Below are positions 1 through 9,147 of a stretch of 64,000 nucleotides of DNA, piece by piece. The stretch is taken from positions 6,644-70,643 of the forward strand of contig JASJCI010000022.1 in the NCBI GenBank assembly GCA_030066085.1, written 5' to 3'. The notes beneath the pieces were generated by a model, which saw nothing but the letters and a program-made list of their open reading frames with translations, had not been told where the DNA came from and searched no databases. The DNA comes from Gammaproteobacteria bacterium (lineage in GTDB: Bacteria; Pseudomonadota; Gammaproteobacteria; GCA-001735895). The translations under genes were made by a program, and so were the position numbers. Within the stretch, counting starts at the first letter, position 1. Each line of letters begins with the position of its first letter.

Positions 1-963
1 AATCAGACGGGCAGAGATTCGTATCTTGTCGCCCGACCTTCGCACACTACCTTCGAGCACATGGCTGATGTTGAGCTCCTCAACCAATTGCCGATAATCG
101 ATCTTTTGTCCACGCAGCTTGAAGGTGGTGGACCCTGCCAGAACCCGAATACTCTCAAAGCGAGTCAGGTCCGTAATGATGTCATCGGTAATGCCATCGG
201 CAAAATACTCCTGATCCGGGTCACCACTCATATTCGCAAACGGCAGTACGGCAATAGTAGGCTTGTCCCGTAACGAATCAGATGAATGGGTATATTCAGA
301 GGGCCCGTCTGGATAAACCCAGTAAAAAATCACTGCCACAATCAATGCGACAAAAGACGCACTTCCGATCAGCCTCCGTTGAGCTGATGAGCGAGCAATT
401 GCTGGTTTTGCTGCGGGCAGTGGAATATCGAAGTCAGCCGAAGCCGTTACCCTGTAGACTCCGACAGGTTCTCCGAAACCTTTAATTTCTCGTTGGCCCA
501 GGTTTTCAAATTCGACGGGCAATCGTCTTGAGAGTGACTCGTGCACAGCTGCCGTGATACAGAGTCCTCCGACATCCGCAAGTTGCTCAACACGTTGCGC
601 CAATACGACGCCCGCACCGGTAACAGTATTGTCAGCAATAACTACCTCACCCATGGCGATGCCAACACGGACTTCCGGTTTTATATCGTCGTCAAGGGAT
701 GAGATAAATTGGGTGTGACCAGACTGAAACGCCAGGGCCGCGGATACCGCATCCGAGGGGCGCTCGAACTCGGCCAGCAGGGCGTCGCCACGCAGTTCGA
801 GCACTTTGCCAGCGTATTTGTTTATCGTGGCTGAAAAACGATGAAAAGTGTCCTGGATTCGCTCATGGGCCAGATGCTCATCCTGCTGCACCATTTGCGT
901 CGAACCCGCGATATCGGCGTGCAGGATGACGGCAAGTTTGCCCAAGAGACGATCTTTTACCAC
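1..963 (-). CDS. Class III adenylate/guanylate cyclase domain protein (partial; C-terminus lies beyond the window start). Cyclase catalytic domain, then a TM segment, then a TolB-N-terminal-like region.
   Basis: Minus-strand frame is open from a GTG near 963 to position 1. Translation reads VVKDRLLGKLAVILHADIAGSTQ...LRGDALLAEFERPSDAV (class III cyclase core), a hydrophobic stretch, then PTIAVLPFANMSGDP...VLEGSVRRSGDKIRISARLI, typical of cyclase-associated TolB-like modules. Not in the ORF track because the start is GTG and the ORF runs off the edge. Confidence 0.6.
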   Translation of the reverse strand, partial: MVKDRLLGKLAVILHADIAGSTQMVQQDEHLAHERIQDTFHRFSATINKYAGKVLELRGDALLAEFERPSDAVSAALAFQSGHTQFISSLDDDIKPEVRVGIAMGEVVIADNTVTGAGVVLAQRVEQLADVGGLCITAAVHESLSRRLPVEFENLGQREIKGFGEPVGVYRVTASADFDIPLPAAKPAIARSSAQRRLIGSASFVALIVAVIFYWVYPDGPSEYTHSSDSLRDKPTIAVLPFANMSGDPDQEYFADGITDDIITDLTRFESIRVLAGSTTFKLRGQKIDYRQLVEELNISHVLEGSVRRSGDKIRISARLI

Positions 964-1233
964 TCAATACCCAACCGGCGTTAAGGTCAGGAAATACTAT
1001 CACACACTCAGGATGCAAGAGATTGGCGGGCGTCTGTTACTGGTCGATCCCTGCAGCCTGGCGGTCGGCTATGGGCGTCCGCAATCTGGAAAGCCTGCCT
1101 GTGCTGGATTCGCTGTAGGCTTGCTTTCCGGGGACAGTTTACTTATTTTCGGATCGAGCGGTTATATCCTGGAGTAAACCTCTCTTTACCTGAAACAGGA
1201 TAATTACGGGCGACCTGGCAATACTCCCGGCCA

Positions 1234-1980
1234 ATGTCGATCGACCGCACGGATATCAACTCCGCCCCGGAGGCCAGCATGCCTGATACGTTAAAACCTG
1301 AAGAGAGTTACTCACTGCTCGGTAAGGTAGAAGGTGCCGAAAAGCTGTTTCTCGAGGGCCGACGCAGTCGTTCGGCGGACCTGGAAAGCGCGGTGACGTT
1401 TTTCCTCGAGTTCTTGCGCGGCTTCGAGAGTTTCGATTTCGAACAACCCTGCGTCACGGTCTTCGGGTCGGCCCGTTTCGAGGAAGACCACGATTATTAC
1501 CAGCTCGCGCGTGAGACGGGCGCGGCACTCGCCGAGGCAGGCTACGCAGTGATGACGGGCGGCGGTCCCGGCATCATGGAGGCAGCCAACCGCGGTGCCA
1601 GGGAAGCCGGCGGGCTGAGCCTCGGCTGTAATATCAGGCTGCCACTCGAGCAGGAACCCAACCCTTATCTCGACAAGTTCATCGAGCTGGAACACTTCTT
1701 TATCCGCAAGGTCATGCTGGTCAAGTATTCGTCGGCTTTCGTCGTCATGCCCGGCGGGTTTGGCACACTCGACGAAGCCTTCGAAGTGGCCACATTGATA
1801 CAGACCGGCAAGCTGGATCGTTTTCCCATCGTGGGCCTGGGCGGCGACTACTGGAAATATCTCAGAAGTTTCGCCCGCGAAACAATGCTGCACGAGAGCG
1901 TCATCGATGCGGAAGATCTGGACTTGATTCAATTGGTATCCAGCGCAAGGGAGGCGGTGGATGTCATCCAGAGACGTTAG
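1234..1980 (+). CDS. LOG family protein (TIGR00730; cytokinin riboside 5'-monophosphate phosphoribohydrolase-like)
   Basis: 248 aa with the LOG hallmarks MTGGGPGIMEAANRGA and PGGFGTLDEAFE in a Rossmann-fold context. Confidence 0.8.
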   Translation: MSIDRTDINSAPEASMPDTLKPEESYSLLGKVEGAEKLFLEGRRSRSADLESAVTFFLEFLRGFESFDFEQPCVTVFGSARFEEDHDYYQLARETGAALAEAGYAVMTGGGPGIMEAANRGAREAGGLSLGCNIRLPLEQEPNPYLDKFIELEHFFIRKVMLVKYSSAFVVMPGGFGTLDEAFEVATLIQTGKLDRFPIVGLGGDYWKYLRSFARETMLHESVIDAEDLDLIQLVSSAREAVDVIQRR

Positions 1981-2147
1981 CGCATTGTAGCGCCGCTAAT
2001 ACTTTGCAAACTCGGCGAACTGGAATACAAATCGGGGCTACAGTGCCCGGTGAAAGACAATCGCCTGTTATCGGGATAACGGGCACATGAAATTATTTGA
2101 CGGACGCGGTAATCGATCCAACCGAGGCTTTCCCCATGACAAACGAA

Positions 2148-2236
2148 GCGTCATTCCGCTTCGGCGGACCGCCGCGCAAGCGGCGATCTTGTATCGCGCC
2201 GCCGTTTCAAGATCCCCGCCTGCGCGGGGATGACGT
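2148..2236. repeat. REP-like palindromic intergenic element, copy A (about 89 bp, multiple hairpins)
   Basis: gcgtcattccgcttcggcgg...caagatccccgcctgcgcggggatgacgtc. About 90% identical to copy B at 7968-8056. Contains the hairpins cggcgg/ccgccg and atccccgc-ctgc-gcggggat. Confidence 0.75.
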
Positions 2237-2441
2237 CACTAAACGCTTCCCATTGGCCAATCTCCGCGGCTTGATGATCGGCTGACGGCGCCTGCGATCG
2301 GTGCAGCACTGTTCTGCCGGATTCGCTGGACAGCTCGGTATGACCCCATGACTACACGGTACGGGTTAACCAGCCCGCGGCATGGTCAAAGCGCCCAATC
2401 TCGGCTAACCTGCGTGCTTTTGCGGGCAGGAGTACGCATCC

Positions 2442-4073
2442 ATGCAACAGAATCCGCTGTGGCGCTGGTTCGACGATACCTTTCTCGATCTCGGGCGGCA
2501 GTTTCGCTGGTCCTACCTGCCGCCGTTGATGATCTACGTCGCTGCCGGCGTGCAGGGACTGACCGCTATCGTCGGCACCTTCTTCATCAAGGATTATCTC
2601 GACCTGTCGGCGGCGTTCCTCGCCGGTCTCGCGTTCTGGGCGGGCGTTCCCTGGACGCTGAAAATGCCGATCGGCCACCTCGTCGACCTGGTCTGGCGGC
2701 GCAAGGCCCTGCTGGTCTATTTCGGGGCATCGCTGATCACGGCCAGCCTGCTGATCATGTACGGCATCATCGCGCACCTCGACGCGATGGCGGCGATCAT
2801 GCGCCCCGAGGCCTGGTTCGTGACCGCGACGCTGCTGGCGCCGACGGGTTACGTGATCCAGGACGTCGTTGCCGACGCGATGACGGTCGAGGCGGTACCG
2901 ACCATCGACGAGCACGGCACCCCCTACCCGGAGGCCGATATCAAGGTCATGCATACGACTATGCAAACCCTCGGCCGCGTGGCAATCATCGGCGGCCTGG
3001 CGGCGGTCGGTATCCTCAACATCACGATGTTCGAGGGTGTCGAGAACATGAGCGAGGCAACCAAGATCGAGATCTATGGCCAGATCTACCTGATCGCGCT
3101 GGTCATACCGGTACTGTCGATCTCGGGCGTTATTCTCGGCGGCATGATGTTGCGCCGGCGCGCGGCGCAGCTGGAGGCGCTGGGCGAGGACCACGCCGCG
3201 ATCGATCGCCTGCTGTTCGCGCCGGGCGGCGATATCAGCCCGAACTGGTGGATTCTCGGCGGCAGCCTGGTGTTCGCGATCTTCACCCTGACCATGGGTA
3301 TCAGCCAGGTGCCGTTCGCGCAGGAAATCATTTTCGCCGGTTCGATGGCGATCATTTTCTTCCTGATGTACCGCCTGCTGCTTGAGCTGGAGCCGGAGGC
3401 GCGCAACATGCTGATCGGCACCGCGATCATTATCTTCGTGTTTCGCGCGGTACCGCTGGCCGGCCCCGGTTACAGCTGGTTCACCATCGACGAGCTGAAA
3501 TTCGACCAGCAGTTCCTCGCGGTGCTGCAGTTGATCGGCGCGGTGCTGACGATCATCGGCATGATCGTCCTGCGACCCTTGATGGCGAAACGTCCGATCG
3601 CGTTCGTGATCGTGCTGCTCACCATTGCCGGATCCTTCCTGACGCTGCCGAATATCGGGCTTTACTACGGCCTGCACGAGTGGACCGCGCTGCATACCGG
3701 CGGCGTCGTCGACGCGCGCTTCATCGCCCTCATCGACACCATGATCGAATCACCGCTGGGACAGATCGCGATGATCCCGATGCTGGCCTGGATCGCAAAA
3801 AATGCGCCGCCACACCTGAAGGCAACTTTCTTCGCGGTAATGGCGTCGTTTACCAACCTCGCGCTGTCCGCTTCCAGCCTCGGTACGCGTTACATGAACG
3901 AGATCTATACCGTTACGCGCGAGGTGCGCGACCGGGTAACCGATGCCATTACCACCGCGGCCGATTACAGCGAACTCGGCTTGCTGCTGATCAGCGTAAC
4001 CCTGGTCGGCCTGGTAGTGCCGTTGCTCACGGTCCTGATGATTCAAAGCTCGCGCTTCCAGACCCGCCAGTAG
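2442..4073 (+). CDS. Polytopic integral membrane protein, putative MFS-type (folate-biopterin/BT1-like) transporter
   Basis: 543 aa, about 12 hydrophobic segments, GGAG SD 8 nt upstream of the ATG. Family assignment comes from general architecture only. Confidence 0.55.
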   Translation: MQQNPLWRWFDDTFLDLGRQFRWSYLPPLMIYVAAGVQGLTAIVGTFFIKDYLDLSAAFLAGLAFWAGVPWTLKMPIGHLVDLVWRRKALLVYFGASLITASLLIMYGIIAHLDAMAAIMRPEAWFVTATLLAPTGYVIQDVVADAMTVEAVPTIDEHGTPYPEADIKVMHTTMQTLGRVAIIGGLAAVGILNITMFEGVENMSEATKIEIYGQIYLIALVIPVLSISGVILGGMMLRRRAAQLEALGEDHAAIDRLLFAPGGDISPNWWILGGSLVFAIFTLTMGISQVPFAQEIIFAGSMAIIFFLMYRLLLELEPEARNMLIGTAIIIFVFRAVPLAGPGYSWFTIDELKFDQQFLAVLQLIGAVLTIIGMIVLRPLMAKRPIAFVIVLLTIAGSFLTLPNIGLYYGLHEWTALHTGGVVDARFIALIDTMIESPLGQIAMIPMLAWIAKNAPPHLKATFFAVMASFTNLALSASSLGTRYMNEIYTVTREVRDRVTDAITTAADYSELGLLLISVTLVGLVVPLLTVLMIQSSRFQTRQ

Positions 4074-4152
4074 CCGACCACGGCCGGGTGGCTTGCAACG
4101 AAGGCGTGCCCGGGATCAGGCCGCCAGGCCAGCCGATACCGTTGCTATTGGC

Positions 4153-4512
4153 TCAATCCTGCTGCAACACGACCGGCTGCCCGTGCGGCGTGCGCCGGTA
4201 GGCGGCTTCCCAGTCGGCGCGCGTCTGCTGCATGGCTTCGCGCGCGATACCCCCGTGTTGCGCGATCAGCGACTCGAGCGCGTCGACCACGCAGCGATAG
4301 TAGGTTTCCTGGGTATCGGCCTCGCCGCGCTGCTCGGCAGCGGCGAGCGCGGCGCCGAGCGTATCCGACCACGCCACGGCGCTGAACAGGCCCTGCCGCA
4401 CCAGCGTATCGGCAATCGCGAGCGCCTCGGCCTGCCAGGCTTCCTCGAACACCGGCTGGCCGTCGGCACTGGCCAGCGGTTTCAGACCCTGTTGCGCGCT
4501 TTCGTCGCTCAT
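4153..4512 (-). CDS. Nitrile hydratase accessory (activator) protein
   Basis: The ORF was trimmed to the internal ATG that gives MSDESAQQ..., overlapping the nthB stop (ATGA). Motifs PVFEEAWQAEALA and ETYYRCVVDALE are typical of the small NHase beta-homolog accessory protein. Confidence 0.7.
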   Translation of the reverse strand: MSDESAQQGLKPLASADGQPVFEEAWQAEALAIADTLVRQGLFSAVAWSDTLGAALAAAEQRGEADTQETYYRCVVDALESLIAQHGGIAREAMQQTRADWEAAYRRTPHGQPVVLQQD

Positions 4513-5180
4513 GTCGTTACCGGCAGCAGGTAGGCTTCCCACAGGTCGAGATAGACGCGGTCGTGCCGGTCGGCGGCCTCGGGCCACAGCTCCGACGCAT
4601 CGAAGACAACGCTGTAGAGATGCTGGTGTACTTCCCTGCCCTCGGCGGACCAGTCCGGAAACACGTGCGCGCCGTGGTGCGCATGGATCTTGCCGACGCG
4701 GCCGCGCGCGTACTGCGGCAGGCGCGTGTGGCCGCCGTGCCCGTGGCGTTGCGTGCTCACCTGCTGACCAACGACAAACGCCGGCGGCGTGTCGATCTCG
4801 GCATCGAAGCGAAACGCGTGCGCGCGGTCCTCGTCGAGGATCTGCTGCAGGTTCATGGCCTCCAGCGGTTCGCCGTAGTCGAGGTCCTGCCGCAGCGATT
4901 TACCGGCGGCGATCTCTTCATAGGTCATCCAGCCGGCCTCGATGTAGGTGGAGAAATCGGTCTGCGCCCAGGAATCGAAATAGGGTCGCGCGAGGTAATC
5001 CTCCGGCAGGATCAGTTCGCGACAGTGTCGCCACCAGTCGATGGTAATGCCCGGCGTGCGCGCGCACTGGGCGATACCCCATTCACGCCCTTCCCATTCC
5101 TCGTGGAATACCTCGTCCTCGCCCGTACGGTCGATCGGCCCGTAGCCCTGCTTACCGCCGAGATCGTGGATACCGTCCAT
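4509..5180 (-). CDS. nthB: Nitrile hydratase beta subunit
   Basis: True start is [16 protein letters not shown] (the classic NHase-beta N-terminus). The 319-aa ORF call is an Arg/Pro-rich upstream extension that overlaps nthA. The C-terminal GHTRLPQYARGRVG block is also conserved. Start overlaps the nthA stop (TGATG). Confidence 0.8.
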   Translation of the reverse strand: MDGIHDLGGKQGYGPIDRTGEDEVFHEEWEGREWGIAQCARTPGITIDWWRHCRELILPEDYLARPYFDSWAQTDFSTYIEAGWMTYEEIAAGKSLRQDLDYGEPLEAMNLQQILDEDRAHAFRFDAEIDTPPAFVVGQQVSTQRHGHGGHTRLPQYARGRVGKIHAHHGAHVFPDWSAEGREVHQHLYSVVFDASELWPEAADRHDRVYLDLWEAYLLPVTT

Positions 5181-5818
5181 CAGGCCGATCCCCCGAGGTC
5201 GCGGTCGGTGCCGATCATCGAGTTGCGCGTCACCAGCGCGGCCAGGCCTTCCTCGTCGAGGTCCTCGGTTGCCGGCGGTCGCTGCGGCAGCACCAGGTAA
5301 CGCAGCTCGGCGGTGCTGTCCCAGGTTCGCACCTCGACCTCGTCGCCGATCTCGACGCCGAACTCGGCCAGCACGCCGCGCGGATCGCGCACCGCGCGCG
5401 AGCGATACGCGGCCGCCTTGTACCAGGCCGGGGCGATGCCGAGGATCGAGAACGGGTAACAGGAGCACAGCGTGCAGACCACGAGGTTGTGCACCGAATC
5501 GGTGTTCTCGACTACCTTGAGATGCGCGGTGGCCTTGCCGAGGAAGCCGAACTCGTCGATCGCGGCCGGCGCATCCTCGAGCAGGCGCGCCTTGAAAGCA
5601 GGATCGACCCAGGCGCGCGCCACCACCTGCGCGCCGCGCCTGGGTCCGATTTCCTCGGTATAGGCCTCGACCCAGGCATCGATGGTAGCGGGATTGACCA
5701 GGCCTTTCTGTTCGAGCAGGGTTTCCAGCGTCTTGACCCTGAGCGCCGATTCAGACGGCAGGTGACTGTGCAGGTGCTGGTGGGCTTCGGCAACTTTTTT
5801 GGCGTCGAATTCGGGCAT
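5180..5818 (-). CDS. nthA: Nitrile hydratase alpha subunit, cobalt-type (VCTLCSCYP metal centre)
   Basis: 212 aa containing [15 protein letters not shown]. Thr and Tyr in the CTLCSCY motif mark the Co-type; the Fe-type has CSLCSCT. Confidence 0.8.
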   Translation of the reverse strand: MPEFDAKKVAEAHQHLHSHLPSESALRVKTLETLLEQKGLVNPATIDAWVEAYTEEIGPRRGAQVVARAWVDPAFKARLLEDAPAAIDEFGFLGKATAHLKVVENTDSVHNLVVCTLCSCYPFSILGIAPAWYKAAAYRSRAVRDPRGVLAEFGVEIGDEVEVRTWDSTAELRYLVLPQRPPATEDLDEEGLAALVTRNSMIGTDRDLGGSA

Positions 5819-5985
5819 ACCTGGTATCCGGTTTATCCAGACCCCGATACTACGCGGGTGCGCCCTCGTTGATCAAGATCCGCAGGGACGATCAGTGGCA
5901 GGACAGCCACTCGATTTCGACCGTGGGCTTATGGCTTTGACGCGCTCCGGGTTAAACTACCGCTTTACCCGTTGCGACGCTCCCG

Positions 5986-6873
5986 TTGATAACCCAGATT
6001 CGACGCCCTACTCCTTTCGACGTCGGCCGGCTGATTTTCGTCGGCGCGGTCTGGGGCGGCGCGTTCATCTTCGTAACCCTGGCGTTGACGGATTTCGGTC
6101 CGGTCAGCATCGCCACCTGGCGGGTCGTGCTCGGCGCGACCACGCTCGCGATCGCGGCGCGGCTGATCGGCCAGGCCTGGCCGCGCGGCGCGCGCAACTG
6201 GCGCTACATCGTCGTCGTCGGCTGTCTCAACAGCGCGGTACCTTTTTTCCTGATCAGCTGGGGGCAACAGTTCATCAGCAGCGCCGAATCCGCCCTGCTG
6301 GTCGCGGCCGGCACCTTCGTCTCGCTGCTGCTGTCGCACTTCACCAGCCAGGACGAGCGCATCAACCCGGCGCGCGTCGCCGGGGTCGCGATCGGCTTCG
6401 TCGGCGTCATGGTGCTGGTGTTCTGGGACCTGCTGGAAAAGGGTACCGGCAGTCTCGGCGGCCAGCTCGCGGTCATGGCCGCCGGCTGCAGCTACGCCAC
6501 CTCGTCGGTCATATCGCGTCGCCTGACCCACCTGCCGATGATCTCGACCTCGGCCGCGACCATGGCGACCGCCTGTCTCTACCTCGTGCCGCTGGCTTTC
6601 CTGCTGGAAGATCCGCTGCCGGCAAATCCCTCGGGTCAGTCGATCGTGGCGCTGCTCTACCTCGGCGTGGTCGCCACCGCGCTGGCGTTTACCGTGCGCT
6701 TTTTCATCATCCGCGCGGCCGGCGCGGTATTCATGTCGCAGGTGGGTTATCTCGTACCGCTGTTCGGCGTGATCTGGAGCGGACTCTACTTCGCCGACGC
6801 GATCGAGCTGCAGACGGCGATCTCGCTCGGCCTGATCCTGCTCGGGATTGCCGTCACGCGCAAGGGCAGCTGA
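5986..6873 (+). CDS. DMT superfamily (EamA-like) transporter
   Basis: 295 aa, ten hydrophobic segments in two EamA-like repeats. The start is a TTG in the ORF track, so the exact start is uncertain. Confidence 0.65.
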   Translation: MITQIRRPTPFDVGRLIFVGAVWGGAFIFVTLALTDFGPVSIATWRVVLGATTLAIAARLIGQAWPRGARNWRYIVVVGCLNSAVPFFLISWGQQFISSAESALLVAAGTFVSLLLSHFTSQDERINPARVAGVAIGFVGVMVLVFWDLLEKGTGSLGGQLAVMAAGCSYATSSVISRRLTHLPMISTSAATMATACLYLVPLAFLLEDPLPANPSGQSIVALLYLGVVATALAFTVRFFIIRAAGAVFMSQVGYLVPLFGVIWSGLYFADAIELQTAISLGLILLGIAVTRKGS

Positions 6874-6887
6874 CTTTGATCAGCAGG

Positions 6888-7730
6888 TCACTGGCCGGAC
6901 CTGGTCGAGGCCTGATCGTACGACCCTGACCCGCCCTGCGCTTCCAGCAGGTGTTGCAGGCGCAGCAGCTGTTGCTGCACTTCCTGCAGCGAGATCTCCG
7001 GCGCCTCGGGGTCCTTGTCCTGCTGCATTTTCTCCGCTTCCGTATGCATCACGTTCACCACGATCCCGATGACCATGTTGAGGAAGGCAAAGGCGGTAAA
7101 AAAGATGAAACTGAGATAGAAGACCCAGCTCAGGGGATACACGGCCATGGTTTCGTACATGACATCGGTCCAGTCCTCGAAGGTCATGACGCGAAACAGC
7201 GTGAGCATCGAAATCGCGATATCGCCCCACAGGGTTGGATTGATCGACTCGAACAGGGTGGCGCCAATCGCGGCGTAGATGTAAAAGATGATAAACATCA
7301 ACAGGATCACGTAACCCAGTTGAGGCAGCGCCTTGAGCAGCGAAGCGAGCAGCATGCGCAATTCGGGAATGATCGAGATCATACGAAGTACCCGAAATAC
7401 CCGCACCAGCCGCGCCACCAGCACCAGGTCACTGTTGTCGATCGGGACCAGGCTGATCGTCACTACCAGCGTATCGAACAGGTTCCAGCCATTGCGAAAA
7501 AAGGCCTTTTTATCGGGTTCGGCAATGAAGCGAATGGTGATCTCGGCCACGAATACCACCGTGATCAGCATATCGAGCCAGACGATAATGGAGCGGCTCC
7601 CCGGTGCGAGTTCGTACGTCTTGGCCCCTACCAGCAACGCCGAGGTAATAATCACCGTGACCACGAACAGCTCGAAAGCCTTGTTGCTGCGGATACGCTC
7701 GAAGTTTTGCTGGATCGTGGAGTTGGTCAT
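6888..7730 (-). CDS. Voltage-gated ion channel, BacNaV/NaChBac family (single 6-TM repeat), pore motif TFEDWTD
   Basis: S4 segment RLVRVFRVLRMISIIPELR has Arg at every third position. Pore loop LTLFRVMTFEDWTDVMYE corresponds to TLESWSM in NavAb. Six TM segments. Confidence 0.8.
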   Translation of the reverse strand: MTNSTIQQNFERIRSNKAFELFVVTVIITSALLVGAKTYELAPGSRSIIVWLDMLITVVFVAEITIRFIAEPDKKAFFRNGWNLFDTLVVTISLVPIDNSDLVLVARLVRVFRVLRMISIIPELRMLLASLLKALPQLGYVILLMFIIFYIYAAIGATLFESINPTLWGDIAISMLTLFRVMTFEDWTDVMYETMAVYPLSWVFYLSFIFFTAFAFLNMVIGIVVNVMHTEAEKMQQDKDPEAPEISLQEVQQQLLRLQHLLEAQGGSGSYDQASTRSGQ

Positions 7731-7967
7731 ATTGGCATGTACAGCAGAGAAGTTTGGATTCGGTCGAAATTATAACCTTCGATTCCATGCCTGGATAACC
7801 AAGGTGACAAGCGTCGAGTAGCAGGCCAATGCGGAAGGCGTCTGTTTTTGGCCAAAGCCGCTGCTGGTCGGACATCAGCAACGCCCGTTATCGATCAAGC
7901 GGACGCACGATAGGGTTATACGAGTAGCCCGGATCGACCCGAATACGTCGCTCGCGCTACCGATAAA

Positions 7968-8056
7968 GCGTCATTCCGCTTCGGCGGGCCGCCGCGCAGG
8001 CGGGAATCTTGAAACGCGCCGCCATTGCAAGATCCCCGCTTGCGCGGGGATGACGG
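7968..8056. repeat. REP-like palindromic intergenic element, copy B
   Basis: About 90% identical to copy A (2148-2236). Same terminal sequences gcgtcattccgc ... gcggggatgacg. Confidence 0.75.
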
Positions 8057-8168
8057 CATTGGGCGGCGGGAAGTGGCCGCTAGCAGGCGGCTGATGAATT
8101 GAGTCGAGGGACTGTTTCGAGAAAGTGGAACCAACAGTCGTAAACAAGAACAGGGCAAATGACCACAG

Positions 8169-8194
8169 GTCATTCCGCTTGTGCGGGGATGACG
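8169..8194. repeat. Minimal REP-like hairpin, copy C (gtcattccgc-ttgt-gcggggatgac), immediately 3' of frmB
   Basis: Shares the terminal arms of copies A and B. Lies just downstream of the frmB stop, so it may act as a terminator or stabiliser hairpin. Confidence 0.6.
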
Positions 8195-8200
8195 TGAGTA

Positions 8201-9040
8201 TCAAGCCCCGAGGGCCTTGGCGTGGTGCTCGAAGTGGTCTTCGATGAAGCTCGCGATGAAGTGGTAGCTGTGATCGTAACCGGGTTGCGAGCGAATCGTG
8301 ACAGGCTGACCGGCGGCGTCGCAGGCGGCCTGGAAGTTTTCCGGCAACAGCTGTCCCTCGTGCAGGAATTCATCGGCGTCACCCTGGTCGACCAGGATCT
8401 CGCCAACGCGCGCCCCGGCCGCGACCAGGCGGGTCGCATCGTACGCCGCCCAGGCCTCGCGATCGTCGCCGAGGTAGGCGCCGAAACAGCCCTGCCCCCA
8501 GCCGCATTCCATCGGGTTGCAGATCGGTGCAAAAGCGGACACCGAGCGATAGGCATCGGGTAGCTTGAGCGCGCAGACCAGCGCACCGTGACCACCCATC
8601 GAATGCCCGGTAATCGAACGTACCCCGGGCATCAGCGGCAGATTGGCCTCGACCAGCGCCGGCAGCTCACAGGTCACGTAGTCGAACATCTGGTAGTGCG
8701 GTTTCCACGGATCCTGCGTCGCATTGACGTAGAAGCCGGCGGCCTGGCCGAGATCGTAACGCTCCGGCTCGTCGGCGACGCCGTCCCCACGCGGACTGGT
8801 ATCGGGAAACACGATAGCGATGCCGTGCTGCGCGGCGAAACGCTGGAAGCCGCCCTTGGTGCGCGCATTATCGTCGGTGCAGGTCAGCCCCGACAGCCAG
8901 TAGAGTGCCGGCACCTTACCCTCGCTCGCCTGCGGCGGCAGGTACACCGAGAACGTCATGTCGCAGTTGTTGTACTGCGACGCGTGGGTGTAGCGGTTGA
9001 GGTAACCGCCGCTTTCCTTGATGCTCTCGATTTGTTTCAC
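8201..9040 (-). CDS. frmB: S-formylglutathione hydrolase (esterase D family)
   Basis: 279 aa with the GHSMGGHGA serine-hydrolase motif. Strong full-length resemblance to FghA/FrmB (LYWLSGLTCTDDN, DTSPRG). GTG start with a GGAGAC SD. Confidence 0.9.
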   Translation of the reverse strand: MKQIESIKESGGYLNRYTHASQYNNCDMTFSVYLPPQASEGKVPALYWLSGLTCTDDNARTKGGFQRFAAQHGIAIVFPDTSPRGDGVADEPERYDLGQAAGFYVNATQDPWKPHYQMFDYVTCELPALVEANLPLMPGVRSITGHSMGGHGALVCALKLPDAYRSVSAFAPICNPMECGWGQGCFGAYLGDDREAWAAYDATRLVAAGARVGEILVDQGDADEFLHEGQLLPENFQAACDAAGQPVTIRSQPGYDHSYHFIASFIEDHFEHHAKALGA

Positions 9041-9147
9041 GGGATGTCTCCGTCTAGCGGGCCCGGTCCGGGCCCCTCGGTTTATCCGGAGCGCGCGAAG
9101 CCGGGGGAGATTGCTTCGCTACGCTCGCAATGACAGGCTTTCGGCAA

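Noticed and set aside
2352-3695. 447-aa minus-strand ORF overlapping the membrane transporter gene
   Set aside because: Antisense shadow ORF typical of >65% GC DNA. Arg/Asp/Gln-rich low-complexity translation, no motifs; the sense strand encodes a coherent 12-TM protein.
4509-5468. Over-extended 5' ends in the ORF track (nthB 319 aa; also ubiI 483 aa, ubiH 470 aa, trpD 442 aa, pyk 578 aa, apaG 321 aa)
   Set aside because: The upstream extensions are Arg/Pro/Gly-rich GC artefacts that overlap the preceding gene. Conserved N-termini and SD sequences support the internal starts that I used.
4153-5818. Thiocyanate hydrolase (SCNase) instead of nitrile hydratase
   Set aside because: SCNase needs three subunits (beta and alpha correspond to the split NHase beta, plus gamma). 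Here there is a single intact NHase-beta-like gene plus a small accessory protein. This is kept as a low-probability alternative in the finding.
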